Below are positions 62,726-64,000 of a stretch of 64,000 nt of DNA, piece by piece. This DNA is from Parasitella parasitica NRRL 2501 (Eukaryota; Fungi; Mucoromycota): assembly GCA_025201805.1 (NCBI GenBank), contig MU619269.1, positions 154,851 through 218,850 of the forward strand. Reading direction: 5' to 3'. The notes beneath the pieces were generated by a model. The model was not told the DNA's origin. It was given only the letters and a program-made list of their open reading frames with translations, and ran no database searches. How positions within the stretch are numbered: position 1 is the stretch's first letter; every line of letters begins with the position of its first letter. Made by a program: the position numbers and the translations under genes.

Positions 62726-63304
62726 ATGTCTGACATTATCGAAACTCAAGAAGTCGAAGTTGCCGTTGAAGTCACTTCCGGTCAAATGTCTGTTGAAGAT
62801 GCTCTCCAAGAAGTCCTCCGTCGTGCACTTGTCCACGATGGCCTTGCTCGTGGTTTGAAGGAAGCTGTCAAAGCTTTGGACAGGTAAATGTTGGTTTTTT
62901 TTTTCTTTTTTTTTTTCGCATCCTTTATACTACAAACATTTGCTTCTCAAGAAAAAAAGGGAGAATTTCTTGTATAAAGAAATTTTGATGACATTTTTTT
63001 CTTTACATTTGATCGTAACCATATTCCTCTACACAATAGACGTCAAGCTCATTTAGCCGTTCTCTGCGAGTCTTGTACCGAATCCGAGTACATCAAGCTC
63101 GTTGAAGCTCTCTGTGCTGAACACAACATCAACCTCATCAAGGTTTCTGATGCAAAGAAGCTCGGTGAGTGGGCTGGTCTCTGTAAAATTGACCGTGAGG
63201 GTAACGCCCGTAAGGTTGTTGGTTGTTCTTGTGTTGCCGTTACTGATTTCGGAGAGGAATCCGAGGCCATGAATGTCCTTTTGGATTACTTCAAGACTCG
63301 CTAA
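62726..63304 (+). CDS. RPS12: 40S ribosomal protein S12 (eS12)
   Basis: [36 protein letters not shown]...[25 protein letters not shown]; a 5'UTR intron (62659-62725) ends directly before the ATG. Confidence 0.97.
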
Positions 63305-64000
63305 ATGCACACTTAGTCTTAATTTTCAAATAAATAAATCAAAGACCAAAATATGTACATACTCTAGTTCTAGTGCTTAAAAGCTGTAAAAATTGTGTTT
63401 CTCCCTTACCATGAACGCTGTCGCTTTGGATTGTGCCAGTTAACCTTTAATTTCCATACTAGATCAGTCTGCTAGCGCTAAAAAGTCACAGCAAGGAAGT
63501 TTCAGGGTATTGTTCTTGAAATCCTTTACGTTGTGGTATCTCGATGAAAAAATGAGATATCTTAGCGATGAAATATTCAAAATGTTGCCATGATCGAGTA
63601 GTAACATCTCTGATTTTGATCGGCGAGAAATAAGAAAATAAAAAGTGAACTTATTGGAAGAAAACTGTTTTCTCACCTTTGTTAAATAAAGAAATGGTTT
63701 TGATGTGAAGGTATCATAATATTTGCACCATTAAATGCAGAATCAAATTTGATATTAAAGTCATTTTCTACTTAATTGATTGTTGCTATATGTTTTTAGA
63801 GAAAATCGCTAAAAACTGTATATTGCGATTTTTTGATCACGATTTTCACAGTTTTGACAATAACGGGTTTAATCCCCGGCACTTTCATGTCTCTATCTTT
63901 GAAGAATTTTTATGCCTAAAAAGCAAAAGATACCCTGTCTTACAGATCACTAAAACTATTGGAAAGTATTAAAAGTGTATGTTGCCTGTTTTTAATTTGA

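Overview
AT-rich, intron-rich eukaryotic DNA. Gene content, short GT-AG introns and transposon families point to an early-diverging fungus, most likely Mucorales (inference; species not determinable). Two gene-dense blocks (about 1-38.7 kb and 57.5-63.3 kb) carry housekeeping genes: Sec2-like Rab GEF, GPI-anchored protein, WDR26/Gid7, cytochrome c, R3HCC1-like RRM protein, PABPN1, LYS1, Ddp1-like Nudix, RPS15, eIF3i, MBIP-like, DAG-kinase-like, Siw14-like phosphatase, kelch membrane protein, arrestin, SER3, MOCS2A, a mitochondrial carrier, an Eos1-GT31 fusion, RAD7 and RPS12. Between them lies an island of about 18.7 kb with no recognisable host gene: an endonuclease-less L1-like LINE, tandem Helitron pieces, PD-(D/E)xK nuclease-like genes, Tc1 and DIRS relics, and tandem duplications. 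Most notable: (1) a decayed Fanzor1 (eukaryotic TnpB-like RNA-guided nuclease) with all three RuvC motifs and two downstream hairpins where the omegaRNA would lie; (2) an MBIP (ATAC-complex subunit) homologue in a fungus; (3) an Eos1-glycosyltransferase fusion whose stop codon overlaps that of a convergent mitochondrial carrier; (4) a cytochrome c with Leu at the near-invariant Lys73; (5) a TIR element whose removal restores the reading frame of a Tc1 transposase. All homology calls are from motif recognition by eye; no searches were run.
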